Assembly (NCBI GenBank): GCA_951406725.2
Contig: OX597821.1
Location: 1,984,001 to 2,048,000, forward strand
Length of the DNA: 64,000 nt
Reading direction: 5' to 3'
Source: Octopus vulgaris
Lineage: Eukaryota
Both the position numbers and the translations under genes were made by a program. Under the pieces are notes generated by a model. That model did no database searches. It saw nothing but the letters and a program-made list of their open reading frames with translations, and was not told the origin of the DNA. Shown here piece after piece: positions 41,356 through 55,335 of the stretch; position 1 is the first letter of the stretch, and the number at the start of each line of letters is the position of its first letter.

Positions 41356-41630
41356 TGATAGAAATGGTAAGACAACAATAGAATAAAAGAGACCTCGATA
41401 TTATATAAATAGAGGAATTTATCTGTAAATATAATATGTGAAAATTATTCGGTAGCCATGATAAAATTCCGAGTTTCGGATGTTGGGGCGGAAACCTACG
41501 CCGCCATCTCTTCAGTTATCGGGCCATCCAAAAAAATCATATTTTTTTTCGATTACCTGATAACTGAAGAGATGATGGCGGAGTTTTACTATGGCTACCG
41601 AATAACTGCCAAATATTATATTTACAGTTA
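41352..41630. mobile_element. PLE-like tail-out inverted pair in (TA)n; a third truncated piece lies at ~41040-41103
   Basis: ctgtaaatataat...ggtagccatgataaaa is mirrored at 41558-41627, where the arm lacks the GAAA half. Confidence 0.75.
41460..41520 (-). ncRNA. Type I hammerhead with canonical core and one stem III mismatch
   Basis: GATAA-CTGAAGA-GATG..GGCG(..)CGCC..CATC-C-GAAA-CTC(G)GAA-TT-TTATC. Sister copies show GAGT in stem III. Confidence 0.75.
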
Positions 41631-41694
41631 CACCCCCCCCCACACACACACATATATATATATATATATGTTTCCATGGTACTTCATAGACTGT

Positions 41695-41870
41695 GGCAAC
41701 GAGGGTTCCAGTTGATCCGATCAATGGAACAGCCTGCTCGTGAAATGAATATGCAAGTGGGTGAGGACTCCAAAGGCACGGGTACCCTTAACGTCGTTCT
41801 CGGGGAGATTCAGCGTGACAGAGTGCGACAGGGCTTTGAAATAGAGGTACAACAGAACCAGGAAGAGCTA
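41695..41870 (-). mobile_element. SINE B 3' part
   Basis: Matches 36180-36360. Confidence 0.8.
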
Positions 41871-41956
41871 GCTTAAAAGCCGCCCGCTATATATATATAT
41901 ATATATATATATATGAATAAAAAATGGAGTTAACGCAGGTTTAAACAAGTATTTTT

Positions 41957-42043
41957 ACTTTCTACATATGTTTCAAAAAGTCCACTGATACTTATTCAAA
42001 AGAATAAAAGGTATAAACAATGCAATCTTCTCTTCGGGAAAGT
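41957..42043 (-). ncRNA. Type I hammerhead (CCGAAGA) with an extended stem II
   Basis: ACTTTC-CCGAAGA-[~56-nt hairpin: CATTG/CAGTG, ATAC/GTAT, TTATTC/GAATAA]-GAAA-CATATG-TA-GAAAGT. Confidence 0.8.
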
Positions 42044-42197
42044 GAAAAAACGAAACTTATCAATACGACATTTTAGCAAAAAATGATGGATTCGTATAGC
42101 GATGGACAGAACGCTATTAATATCGTTTATAAGGTAAAATACACTCATCTATTTATATATATATATTTATATAGGTGTAGGTGTGGGTGTGTGTGTG

Positions 42198-42243
<46 letters not shown>

Positions 42244-42256
42244 GGTGTAGGTGTGG

Positions 42257-42400
<144 letters not shown>

Positions 42401-43833
42401 CACACCCACACCCACACCTACACCCACAAACCCACACCTACAAACGCACGCACACACATACATACGACGGGTTGCTTTCGGTTTTAGTTTACTAAATCTA
42501 CAAACAGGGATTTGTTGGGACCGAGGTTATAGCAGAAGACACTTGCTCAAGGTGCCACGCAGTGGGACGGAATCCGGAACCATGCGGTTGCTTCCCAACC
42601 TCATGGTTCCGGGTGATTTTGGTAATATTTCCAGTATTCCTGTTACTCACAGACACGCTTTCAATTTTGCCTTTTAAAGACTCTACCAAATGATTTTATG
42701 TCATTTTTGGTATTTCTTTAAAGCTGTTGAATTCGTCGTCGTTGCAGTTGCAGTTCTTACTCCACCTCCGCATCCTCTCCCTCCACATCTCCTCCACCTT
42801 CCTTCCCCTCTTCCCACTTCCTCTTCCTCCTCCTCTCTCCCCTCCTCCCCTTCCACCCCCGTCTCCCCTCCGCACCTCCACCCCCTCCCCTCCTTGCGTT
42901 CCTCCCCTCCTTGCCCCTCTTCTCCCCCTCCCCCATCGTCGTCGTCGTCATTGTTGTTATTCTTCTTCTCCTTCTCCTTCTTCCCCTTCTTCTTCTTCTT
43001 TATCTTCTTCTTTTACCTCTTCTTCTTCTTAGTCTTCATTTCTCTCCTCCCCGTCTTGCTCGTCCTCCTGCTTATCTTTGTCCTCCTCCGCATCTTGCTA
43101 TCGTTTTCCTTCCCCTCCCCCTCCTCTCCTTCTTTTTCTTTTCCTCTTTCTTCTCTTTCTTCTCGCTGCCCTTATGCTTTTTTGCAGAAGGTCAGAATGA
43201 CCTCAGAATTAAAGTATGCTCAGAAACTGTTCAAGAACCAGTGGAGCAAATTAACAAGACAGCATCTCCTTAGAGAACAGAAATCGTTATCATTGCCAAA
43301 GTAACGAGCCAGAGAATTCCTTGCAAAACATGGGTACAAAAGACGAAATTATTGAAGAACTCGAATATACATCAGAGGCTTAACACCAACACACTGCCAT
43401 TTGGGTAGCAATGAAAGACAGTTTCATTTCAAACACAGTAATAAACTGGGTTGTTGTTTCGATCTTTGTATCATACATTGTGAAGGGATACGAGGGAAAA
43501 TCCGGAATCAGAGGTAACTGGTCGTAGTTGCACTTTTGATGTTTAGCTAAATAAATCTTTGCATATTAAATCTTAATTATTGAGCACGAAAATATTTTCA
43601 GACGCATAAGCCTACTTTACCACACAAATTCAGATTTCATGTGTATGTAAAACGATAAAAAATATATCCTAATTGAATATTGTATTCCATTTTTTTTATG
43701 TAAGTTTAAGAAACGCAACTGCAGACATGGATATTTCAAAAACGTTTGTTAACTGTGCAGAGGAAACCCTCATGCGATATATAGGTGTGTAAAATGTATG
43801 TTTAACATCAGTGGCCCAGTGGTTAGGATAATC

Positions 43834-43962
43834 CTTTATTGGCGCTTTCGTTGGTTTATCGAATTCAAGACAAAATCATTTTGATTTTGTCTTCACGAAT
43901 TTGCTAAACGAACGAAAGTGCTAAGAATTATACAAAATTCTGACTGCCTCCTTTATTTCAAT
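43834..43962. repeat. Foldback element; second copy at 48802-48970
   Basis: gcgctttcgtt..tcaagacaaaatc / gattttgtctt..aacgaaagtgct in both copies. Confidence 0.7.
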
Positions 43963-43972
43963 ATATACATAC

Positions 43973-44102
<130 letters not shown>

Positions 44103-44155
44103 GTTTGTGTGTATGTGAGAGTGTACACCACTTCAATCACTATAAATATATGTAT

Positions 44156-44522
44156 GGTGGAGTGTAGTGGCCCACTGGGTAGGGCAGCGGACCCGCGGTC
44201 GTAGGATGGCGGTTTCAATTCCCAGACCGGGCATTGAGTGTTTATTGAGCGAAAACACGAGCCTCTGGCAACGGGTGGTGGTGAATCCTGTTGTACTCTT
44301 TCCCTATAACTTTCTCTCACTCTTTCTTCCTGCTCTTGTTGTACTTGTATTTCAAAGGGACAGCCTTGTCACATTATGTGTCACACTGAATCTCCCCAAG
44401 AACTACGTTAAGAGTACAAGTGTCTGTGGAGTGCTGAGCCACTTGCACGTTAATTTCACAAGCAGGCTTTACAGTTGATCGGATCAACTGGAATCCTCGT
44501 CGTCGTAACCGACGGAGTGCCA
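44156..44522 (+). mobile_element. SINE B, full length
   Basis: Reverse-complement homolog of 36163-36545. Confidence 0.9.
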
Positions 44523-44596
44523 CGAATAACATCAATAACATAAAATTCAAACTATGTGGACATGTAAAGTATGTCAACATGATTTGGTTACGCCTA

Positions 44597-45056
44597 CTCT
44601 TTACTCTCTTTTATTTGTTTCAGTCATTTGACTGTGGCCATGCTGGAGCACCGCCTTTAGTCGAGCAAATTGACTCCAGGACTTATTGTTTGTAAGCCTA
44701 GTACTTATTCTGTCGGTCTCTTTTGCCTAAGCGCTAAGTTACGGGGACGTAAACACACCAGCATCGGTTGTCCAGCGATGCTGGGGGAACAAACACAGGC
44801 ACACAAACATATACACAGATACACATATATATACACATACATACATATATACATGCATATAAATGTATATATATATATATATATATATATACATGCATAT
44901 GTATGACGGGCTTCCGTCTACCAAATCCGCTCACAAGGCGTTGGTCGGCCTGAGGCTATAGTAGAAGACACTTTCCGAAGGTGAACGCAGTGGGAATGAA
45001 CTTGGAACCATGAGGTTGGTAAACAAGCTACTTACCACACAGCCACTCCTAAGCCT
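44597..45056 (-). mobile_element. SINE A, full length
   Basis: Matches 6279-6690. Confidence 0.9.
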
Positions 45057-45295
45057 ATAGTTGGTAATTTTACTCTATGAAATATAGCATAATTTTCTGC
45101 CAACAAGTATATATTTGAACATTTTTTATTAAAAACTTTGTTGATCAGTTTAATATGAGCTTTAGAAGAAATACACCAATTTCCCTCAAATCATCTGTTT
45201 GTATTTTATGCCTATTCTTTGCCTGCTGTTTCATCAAATCGTGTGACCTGCATAGAACCTGCTGCTGATATGACGATTGGGAATAAGGTAACAAC

Positions 45296-45497
45296 CTGGC
45301 AGAGTAGTTCGCCGGCGAAACGAAAAGCTTAGCGGCATTTCGTCCTTCTTTACATTCTTAGTTCAAATTTCACCGAGATATTCTTTGCCTTTCATCCGTT
45401 TGGTGTTGATTAAATAAGTACCAAATTATTACTCGTGTCGGTTAACCGACTTAACTCCTGCAAACCTGCTGGCCTTGTGCCAAACCTTGGAACCAAT
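45296..45497 (+). mobile_element. SINE C, diverged
   Basis: ctggcagag...gcttagcggcatttcgtcc...gttcaaatt...gcctttcatcc. Confidence 0.75.
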
Positions 45498-46539
45498 GTC
45501 GTAACTGGGAATATTCTCTGTTAGTAGGTGGCATTCAGCTAAGAGTCTATAGTTTCCCAATTGATAATATAGAGTCAAATATATAGTGAAAGGCGGGGTG
45601 GTTACATCTGGAGCGTCCTTGCTGATATATTATTGTTCCTGAAGCTTCTGGATGGGCTCCATAAGAATATCCATGATGTACGTGTTCTTGCCATGAAAAT
45701 CGCCGTCATTTATATAACAGACAATATATTATTTATTAAAATGCTCAATGGTATTATCTGGGTACTTTATATTGCTATTTCTAGGTCATACGGTTTTTCT
45801 CTTTAGTTTGTTGATGAAGCTCTTCTCTGACCCGTGACTAAACAACTACTTCTGATAACCATCACGAATGTATAGAGATATGGCTGTAAAGTAGAAATAT
45901 TCGACAGAAAAACTGGCGGCTAGTTTACGGTTTGATACATTTGCCTTGGTATTGTAATGTTTATCTAACAAGATATAATATTATGAAAGATCCACGATTA
46001 TAAACTTCACGGAGCGTAAGTAAAAAAGTAGATTATCTCACTTCAGACTTTGAGAACGAAACTGTCAAGATTTTCCTACAATTCCCCTAATCTTTATTGC
46101 AGTTAATCATATCTCTGAAGCTGTCGTCACGTAGCTTAGATAATAGGCCCACATATGAATAGGTAATGTACTACGAATAGCGGAGAAATTGAACCAGATT
46201 GGTATAGATAGAATCAGACAAAGAGAAGGAAAAATGAGGAAGATAAAAATTAAGAAGAATAAGAAATTGAGAGAAGAGATATGCATTGACATAGATAAAT
46301 GAGGCTGGAGAAGATAAAGAAAAAACTGAGACTGGGAAGAGGGGTGAACGGCGAGCAAGGATGGTATAAAGATGAAACACTGACAAAAGATGAGAGGGGA
46401 CAGAAAGATGACGAAAGGTTAAGTGTAAAAGATAATTGAGGTTGATGCTCAGAAAGTGAGAGAGATAAGAAAATGATTTGTACACCTCCACACACACATA
46501 TGTAAATATATGTATAACTATATATACATGATATACACT

Positions 46540-46578
<39 letters not shown>

Positions 46579-47177
46579 CACTCACACACACACATACATA
46601 TATATATATATGCATACATAAGTTATATCTATATATATGCGTGTGGTTAGTGCGTGTTTATGTCTATTTGTATGTGTAAGTTTTTGTTGTGGTTAAAGAG
46701 AAAGAGAGGGAGAGGCGGAGGTAGAAATATAACGATGGCGAGGGAGACATGCAAAAGAAAAGGGGGAAGGAGCGAGAGAGAGACAAAGAGAGAAACGGAG
46801 AAAGAGGAGAGTGGGACTGACAGTTTTCAGCTTGTAAACAATAAGAAAGTTGATAGTCAAGAGGATTGATGCAACAAAAAGAACGTCAACCTTAATGCCA
46901 TTTGAACTGGGAACTTTGAAACTCAGAAACATAAATGTTCTGCATTTACTAAAGACCTGATGCTGTCTAAAAGTAAGCATAGAGGCCATTTCAGTGATAT
47001 AATGATATAATGGGTATGAAAGTTATTACATATTTAGTGTTTTAAACAACAGCGGGAAGTAACACATCCCGGTAAGTGTGCCTAAGGCTTGAACTAATGG
47101 TGGGTTAGTGGGATACGTTGAAAGCATGTTGCAGAATTTATATTTCAGAAAATTTTCGCATGCTATAGTACATATAT

Positions 47178-47670
47178 TGCGTGGCTGTTTGGTAAGAAAC
47201 TTGGTCCCGGGTTCACTTCCACTGCGTGACAACATGGGCAAGTGTCTTCTGCTTTAGTCTCGGACTGACCAAGGCCTTGTGAGTGGATTTGGTAGAAGGA
47301 AACTGAAAGAACCCCGTCGTATATATATATATATCGGAATTACTACTATTTGCGGTTGGAGCCCTTGCTGCTATTTCTAGTGGGTCGAACGGCCTATTAT
47401 AGCCGTTCCTCAATTGTTGTTATATATATATACATATATATATGTATGTATATATCTAAGTGTGTCTTTGTATCTGTATTTATCTTCTTCATCACCGCTT
47501 GATACGTTGTGAGTGTGTGTACACACCCGTAAGCTAGCGGTTCAGCAAAAGAATTGACAAGATAAGTAGTAGGCTTTAAAAAAATTAGTCGTGGAGTCAA
47601 TTTGTTCGACTATAATCCTTCAAGGCGGTGCTTCTGTATGGCTGCAGTCAAATGGCCGAGAGAAGTAAAA
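47178..47670 (+). mobile_element. SINE A with a small insert in its internal (TA)n
   Basis: 5' half at 47178-47320 and 3' half at 47460-47670. The insert at 47348-47420 also occurs at 37246-37315. Confidence 0.75.
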
Positions 47671-47685
47671 GGATAAAATTAAAAA

Positions 47686-47754
<69 letters not shown>

Positions 47755-47872
47755 AAAAATACGATAAAATCTTCATAAGAAATTATCAAGTAGTTAGCGT
47801 GAAAGACCTCATAAGAGAAAAAATCTGTAAATTTTTTTCCACTTGAATATATATATATTTATATAATATAGA

Positions 47873-48213
47873 GGGCATTATTACACATAAATGCCACACG
47901 CAAGGAGGGACTCTTAAAGTCAAAACTACCAAAATAAACATATCGTACCGAATGCAAGTCTGGAAAGAAGTAATTTAAAAACAGAATTTAGCTGCAGATC
48001 ACCAGTGATTTCGTAATTAACGAAGTGGTCGCGTCCCTTACTGATCAGTGACAGCGTGATTCAAGATTTATAATGAATGAACAAAATCAACATACCAGAC
48101 GAACAACCATCGTATCCACCGTAGCATACAGAACTGTTCACATATGTTTATTTTAGTAGTTTTGACTTTAAGAGTCCCTCCTAGCGTGCGGCATTTATGT
48201 GTAATAATGCCCT
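47873..48213. mobile_element. PLE-like tail-out inverted pair (arms ~47873-47944 and ~48141-48213) in (TA)n
   Basis: ~72-bp inverted arms with an internal HHR. Confidence 0.7.
47991..48055 (-). ncRNA. Type I hammerhead with a G8->C core change
   Basis: GCTG(T)CA-CTGATCA-GTAA(21 nt)TTAC-GAAA-TCAC(TG)GTGA-TC-TGCAGC, triplet AUC. Confidence 0.7.
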
Positions 48214-48237
48214 GTATATAATATATATATATATATA

Positions 48238-48545
48238 TCAGGTCATCCTATAAGTTTTGTCCTAATTTTGAATAAAGAAAACAAATGATCAAATGTTATA
48301 TTTAATTGAAATTTAATCATCAATGCACTTTTCCTGATTATCTATGACTTCCTTCCATTTACTTACAAGCTTTTTAATCCCATCAATGTAAAACTCAAAG
48401 CGAAGAAGTCTGAAATGTTAGTTTCAACCTTCTCTTGGCTTGCGAAAGTTATGACCCCCAAATGATTCTGTAAACTACGAAACAAATGGTAGTCTGAAGG
48501 AGCAAGATCGGGAGAATAAGGTTGATGGGGAGTTTTTTTCCCAAC
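48238..48545 (-). pseudogene. mariner (DD34D) transposase 3' fragment with terminal repeat
   Basis: HQPYSPDLAPSDYHLFRSLQNHL motif; the end TA-tcaggtcatcc lies at 48238. Confidence 0.9.
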
Positions 48546-48653
48546 CAAGCTCTTGGCCACCATCCCTTGCCAGAGCCTCGTGGAGCTGAATTGAAACCGC
48601 GATGCTATGACCGCGAGTCCGCTGCCCTAACCACTGGACCATGGCGCCTCCAC
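48545..48653 (-). mobile_element. SINE B head fragment
   Basis: gaaaccgcgatgctatgaccgcgagtccgctgccctaaccactggaccatggcgcctccac. Confidence 0.8.
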
Positions 48654-48708
48654 AATACATATATATATATATATATATATAGTGATTCAACATATCTATA
48701 TATATATC

Positions 48709-48741
<33 letters not shown>

Positions 48742-48758
48742 TCAACATATCTATATAT

Positions 48759-48789
<31 letters not shown>

Positions 48790-48985
48790 TATATATATAT
48801 ATTGAAAAAAGGAGGCAATCTAGCATAATTCTTTATTAGCGCTTTCGTTCGTTTGTAAAACTCAAGACAAAATAAAATTCAAAATGGTTTTCTCTTGACG
48901 AATTCGATAAACTAACGAAAGGGCCAATAAGAGATTATCCGAAATTCTAACTGTCTCCTTTTTCTCAGTATATGTGAGAGCGCGC

Positions 48986-49034
<49 letters not shown>

Positions 49035-50026
49035 TGTTTGTGTGTCTGTGTGTGTACACATCGTGCTGGGGAGTCCGATTTGAGGAAGCCATATGTCATG
49101 TAGGGATATAATAAATATAATCCTGTGTTTATATGGACTCTCTTAACTCTCAGGTCCAGTGAAAGCGACCGTGAATATACAGATTGTTAGTATGTGCATA
49201 GGTGGTTACTTTCTGCCTGTATGCGATCTACATGTTGGGGCCCTGAGCATTTCAGTTATGGCACCCCATCCTAACGCTCACAAACTAGAATACAGTCCAA
49301 ATAACCATAATTGCACACAACACTACATCCCTTTCGTCTCGTCAGAATTGACAGTTTATACACACATAGAAAGGCTAAAAGCAAAATAATTGCAAATATA
49401 GACACCTGTAAATGCTGTGACCTACATGAGACACATGTAACCTTAATGGCTACTCAGCCACAAAGCTTTTGGAAAGTGTAGTAAATGATAAACCAAAATA
49501 TGTCCCAAAGTAACCAAACCTCTTTAATTGCTAAAATGTTTATCGAAACTTACAAACATTTTTCTCATACTTGTTTCAACTTCATTAAATTTGAACGATG
49601 CATGTTTGAGGTCCCTAGAATGGAAGCCGAAGGGACGTAGTATTTGATGCATATAACTTGCTATAATCTAGATCTGATTACCATCACGTGGTAACAGAGG
49701 AGAATGTAAGGGAAGATTAGTAAGTTCTGAGATAGCACCTCTTATATATTGTGATGTGTTTTAAGACGTAATATATATCGGAGAGAGACAGAAATAGTCC
49801 AAGCATCCGGCAGATAGAAAATCGGAAACACTCTGCGCTAAATGGGCCTATTGTTATACGATGGACTATTGTTATACAACAATGTCTGCTCAGTAAATAT
49901 GATGCATAGATGGTTGTTTTTCTATATAATGCCACTTCTATTGGCTATGACAGATTATTGTTGAGCTGGGTTTATCGCAATACCAGTCACTATTTTTTCA
50001 CCATGTTCACATATTTTGGTGGCGAT

Positions 50027-50089
<63 letters not shown>

Positions 50090-50229
50090 TACACACACAC
50101 ACTACACTCACCTGTTTGTCTGTGTGCATGTGAAGCTTACTTTTCTGCTAAGATAAGACCAACGAAAATAAAACTACATTCAGTGACAGGTAATTATTTA
50201 ATACGTACAGAATTTTTACTGTGTATATT

Positions 50230-50334
<105 letters not shown>

Positions 50335-51780
50335 GCGCGTGTATATATTTATATATCTGTATGTATTTATACGAACGTGTGCTCTGAGACGGAGAGAGTT
50401 GATAGACAGCGATATCTGGGGTTCCTCGTATGCTATAAATAGCCGGCAAATTTCCATCAAATCGCACTCGCAAGTCTTTATAAGATAAGAAATAAAAAGA
50501 AAATTTCAGTTATTCCGTCAGTGGTATACATTAAAATGTTATGGGATGGTCACGGCTGTCGCGCTTTTGATCGTAGCAAAATTCGATGAGATATACAAAA
50601 AACAATTACCTGCATCTTATTGTTTATATGTAGAACAGTTTATTTGAAACACTGTATAATTACGGAATTTGTACCTATACTTTATCCATAAGGTCATACC
50701 TGTATACAATTATATTAGAATAGACCAACCATTTTAGATATGCTATCAGAAAATAAAGGCGTAAAGTAAAAGCAAAGAAAAGAATACCATGCTAATATTA
50801 CTTATATATACATATATGTTTATGTTCCTTAATATATTCCATCAGTAAATTCTTCTCTAGTGCTTAGTTATTCTTCGGTTCAGAAGGTAAAAATAATTGT
50901 TTATTCGTGTCACATTCCATACAGCTATTTCTCGTAAGAGGTCAACAACTATCAAACTTACCCGAAGAAAGAATTATCTCAATTTGATATCAAGATTAGT
51001 GTAGTGGAAGAAAATGGTGAAAGAAGAAACTAAATGCCTTTAAGTATTCACTTTCGTAACTGCTCGTTCTAAAATCAAATTACAGTGGAGGAGATTCTCG
51101 CCCTGTCTTTCTATGCAGATAATAAAATTAGTACCAGTAAAATAATGTACTCTATTCGGTCCAATCAACACAGCAACCTTGTGCCGATGTGTCAGTTTAT
51201 GCCAATGTAACGTAGTAATATTAGCTGGTTTCATTTAAGATGAAATTCTATAGTTTCGCTCACACAGCAAAGAAATGTGTTACGTTGAACGTATAATGGT
51301 AGCTGTTTGTATCTGATGGATGAGGTCACTATCGCCACGCACCGAAATTCTGTTGCTACTATGTCCCGATTATATAAAGGACCAACAAGGAAAGCTTATT
51401 GCATGTTCAAAGATATATCAGGATATATATATATATATATATATGATATAGATATACATGCACACACACACATACATACATACATACATACATACATACA
51501 TACATACATACATACATACATACATACATACACACATACATACATACAAATATACATACGTATATATATACATACATGCATATATATATACATATAAACA
51601 TATATACACGCGCACACACACGCACACACACACACGCACACACACACACACACACATAAATGTTACCACAGTATTATATACCGATGAGACATAATGTTGT
51701 AGCTAAGGCACTCTATAATGAAAGATAATCCCTAGCACACAGAAATAAGAACCCACAGCATGGTAGAAGCCATAGCCATT

Positions 51781-51950
51781 CATAATAAAAAGGAATACTG
51801 GTGGAGTGAACCAGTGAAGATCTCAATAAAATGTAAGCATAACAGACCTGATATACTGATTTGGGATATGAAGATAAACTGTGCACAGTTGTGGATATTA
51901 GCTGCTCAGTGGATGTTAATATAAATCAGTGAAAAAGAGAACACCTAAGA
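51781..51950 (+). pseudogene. Decayed RLE fragment of an R4/Dong-type LINE
   Basis: HNKKEYWWSEPVKISIKCKHNRPDILIWD / KLCTVVDISCSVDVNI / SEKEN, the PD..D RLE motif with frameshifts. Confidence 0.75.
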
Positions 51951-52494
51951 TGAAGTATTAGTCACTCTTGTTGATGTTAAAATTGCAATACAGGAGCCTT
52001 AGATGCAGGTTAGAAACCAACTCTTTCTCTATTGGCAACAAATCTTGAAATAAAGCTGAATGATGATATACATATATCAGCCACACTTATTTAAATATAT
52101 ATATATATATACAAATTGAGATAGGGGTTGTGAGTGCAACCCACCATGTGATAACAGATATCCAATATACTGCCAGTAAAGCACCCAACAAAGTTAATAG
52201 ATAAATGTTAAGAATTGCTATGCAATTAATTCCTTTATTGTATTATATGGGCGAAGGTAAAATGTTTTGCCACAAATTCATAATACAAAATAAGAAAATG
52301 GAGAAATACACCTTAATCAATAATCAACTGCCAGATAATACCCATTCACATAATTTATTAACACACTACATATGAACATCACGGTCAAACATAATAGTAC
52401 AGAACAAAACATTGCACATCAATGAGTAATATAATACAATAGGTACAATATGCATAAATAAATATAAATGAATATAAATATAAATATAAACTAT

Positions 52495-52617
52495 ATCTTA
52501 CAGCTGTTTCAGCCATGTAGATATGAGTATCTCATTATCCTCATATTAGCCAGGTGTGATAAGTTAATATGTGGTAATAAATGAGACACAAATATATCCC
52601 AAGGCCTCTTCAGAGAT
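52495..52617 (-). ncRNA. Type I hammerhead with canonical core and ~96-nt stem II hairpin
   Basis: ATCT-CTGAAGA-GGCC..GGATAT..GTGTCTCATT..CATATTA(loop)TAATATG..AATGAGATAC..ATATCT..GGCT-GAAA-CAGCTG-TA-AGAT. Confidence 0.85.
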
Positions 52618-52779
52618 TATAAAGTACAATCTAAATATGAATATCAGAGAAGATACACCCATACAAGAATGAGTAGATATACATAATATATAATATACAC
52701 ATACATATAAGTGTATATACACATGCACCTATATATATATACGTATATACATAATAATACATAATAATAATATATAATA

Positions 52780-53176
52780 GGCGCAGGAGTGGCTGTGTGG
52801 TAAGTAGCTTGCTAACCAACCACATGGTTCCGGGTTCAGTCACACTGCGTGGCATCTTGGGCAAGTGTCTTCTGCTATAGCCCCGGGTCGACCAATGCCT
52901 TGTGAGTGGATTTGGTAGACAGAAACTGAAAGAAGCCTGTCGTATATATATATAGATATGTATGTTTGTGTGTCTGTGTTTTTCTCCCTTGCATTGCTTG
53001 ACAACCGATGCTGGTGTGTTTACGTTCCCGTCACTTAGCGGTTCGGCAAAAGAGACCGATAGAATAAGTACAGGGCTTAGAAAGAATAAGTCCCGAGGTC
53101 GATTTGCTCGACTAAAGGCGGTGCTCCAGCATGGCCGCAGTCAAATGACTGAAACAAGTAAAAGAGTAAAAGAGTA
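52780..53176 (+). mobile_element. SINE A, young full-length copy
   Basis: Near-identical to 1969-2373. Confidence 0.9.
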
Positions 53177-53531
53177 ATATATAATATATAATATTATAAT
53201 ATTCTAATATATTGAATTGACTAACTGTAACCTTATATATATGTATGTGTATTATTATATACATACATATATATAATGTTAAACTGTTATTTAGGTTTCA
53301 TATTTCTGACTAACAAAGAATTTGTTTTCCACTACCAAGTATCTTACCAGTTGTTTCACAATTGCAAGCATGAAAATTTAAATACCAACAATTTCAGCTT
53401 TAAATTACTCACACACACAAACACACACACAGGTGCGCACGCAAGAACACACATATACGATATAACGACGGGATACAACACAAGACCAACGAGAAGATTT
53501 ATAAAGGAATCAGCAAATACAAAATACATAC

Positions 53532-53667
53532 AGGCGCAGGGGTGGGTTTGTGGTAAGAAGCTTGCTTCCCAGCCACATGGTTCCGGGTTCAGTCCCACTC
53601 CGTGGTAGTCTCGGGCGGAGCAAAATCCTGTGAGAGGATTTGGTAGACGGAAACTGAAAAAAGGCCG

Positions 53668-53668
<1 letters not shown>
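53532..53668 (+). mobile_element. SINE A 5' half with an internal deletion
   Basis: aggcgcaggggtgggtttgtggtaagaagcttgc...gacggaaactgaaa. Confidence 0.8.
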
Positions 53669-53732
<64 letters not shown>

Positions 53733-53795
53733 GTATACATACATACACAAATATACATATATATATATATATTTATAAATATATGTATGTATATA

Positions 53796-53890
<95 letters not shown>

Positions 53891-54912
53891 GTATGCATAT
53901 ATGTATAAAAATATATAAATATAAATACATATATATACATAGGGAGATGTACTTGCGTAGCAAGTGATTTGATCTGTGCAAGTGCTGGAACGAAACAATT
54001 GCAGCGTGGAAGGTGTTTGTAAGCCATTTAATGTATGTATGTTTGTACTTATGTGCTACGTATGTATGTGAGTATCTAGGAGAATGGGCAGACGCGTCTG
54101 TGTGTGTGTACATGTGTATGTGCATGTGAACGTATGCCCGTGTACTGGTATGTGTCCGTCCAAGTTGTGTATATGACCTACTTTGTTGAAGGTTGTATAT
54201 ATACACACGTATATGTTTGTATAGACGCACACACATATATATATGTGTGGGTGTGTGTTTGTTCCTCTCATCATCGTCTAACTGTGAATGGATACAACGT
54301 TTAGGTGCAACTGTGCACATATAACCATATACATATACGCAAGTACACACAATTATATAGACACACTCATAAATATACATATAATCTTAAATTATATACT
54401 CATATATTCTTAACCACTTCTACATACATATGTCCTATTTCAAACATACACACACACGCATAAACATAGATACGCACACACACACACATACATACAAAAT
54501 ACGTCACAGTGTACAAGGGCAACGGTTAAGAATCGAACATGCAATATATTAACCTATCTGCTCAATTTTATATATGCATAAACGCATACATATACAATAC
54601 ATACATGCATGCTCATATGTGCATGCATGTGCATTTTTTATATCACCAGGATATTTTCCTTTTGATGGACGAAAATTTCTAGTTAATAAACAATTTGAAA
54701 CTTTGTATTCTGGCAGAATGTGTCAAAAAAAAACATTTTCACTTGGCTTTTTTGAGAAAATTGTAATTTGTAAGTATAACGTTGTTTAATTCTTCGAATT
54801 TTAACCAATGAAATGTCAGCATTTGATCATCATCATCATCATCATCATCAATCATCATCAATCATCATCATCATCATCATCATCATTATTATTATTAATA
54901 TTATTATTATTA

Positions 54913-55335
54913 TAGAGTGAGAGAGCAGCGCATGCCATCAGAGTGACTCTGGGGTACAAATATACGAATCCCAGTATACACATCATGACTACCTGTCTGA
55001 TAAGGGTACAGTAGACACATGCATCACAACCATACGCGAGGGACATGGTGATCTCATATCAAGTTTCCAAAGGTGAATTATCCAAACCCCAGATAATCCC
55101 TCTCAACACATGGCTATGTTGCTCCCCCACTACTTCTGTTTGTGATCAGAGATGCACACATCATCAGCCACTAAGGGGCATGCTCAACTGGTTAAGGTCA
55201 AACAACTGACAAGCAAATCTGTGGTATTGAGCAGAATATTTGCTGTAGACCATCTTTTGTACCAAGACATAACAAGGTACATGATAACACTTCCAATCAC
55301 TTAAGATCAGTAGACATGATGGCCACTGTCTGGTA
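54913..55335 (-). mobile_element. Copy of the 13569-14112 retroposon, internally deleted and joined to an RT fragment
   Basis: Colinear with 13569-14110 apart from a ~120-bp deletion, and ends in (TAA)n. Confidence 0.8.

Noticed and set aside
43188-43518. Exon-like segment (ttgcag ... AG/gtaact)
   Set aside because: Stops in all three frames and no recognisable product.
45600-45970. Stop-poor minus-strand frame
   Set aside because: About four stops in ~125 codons and no recognisable motif.
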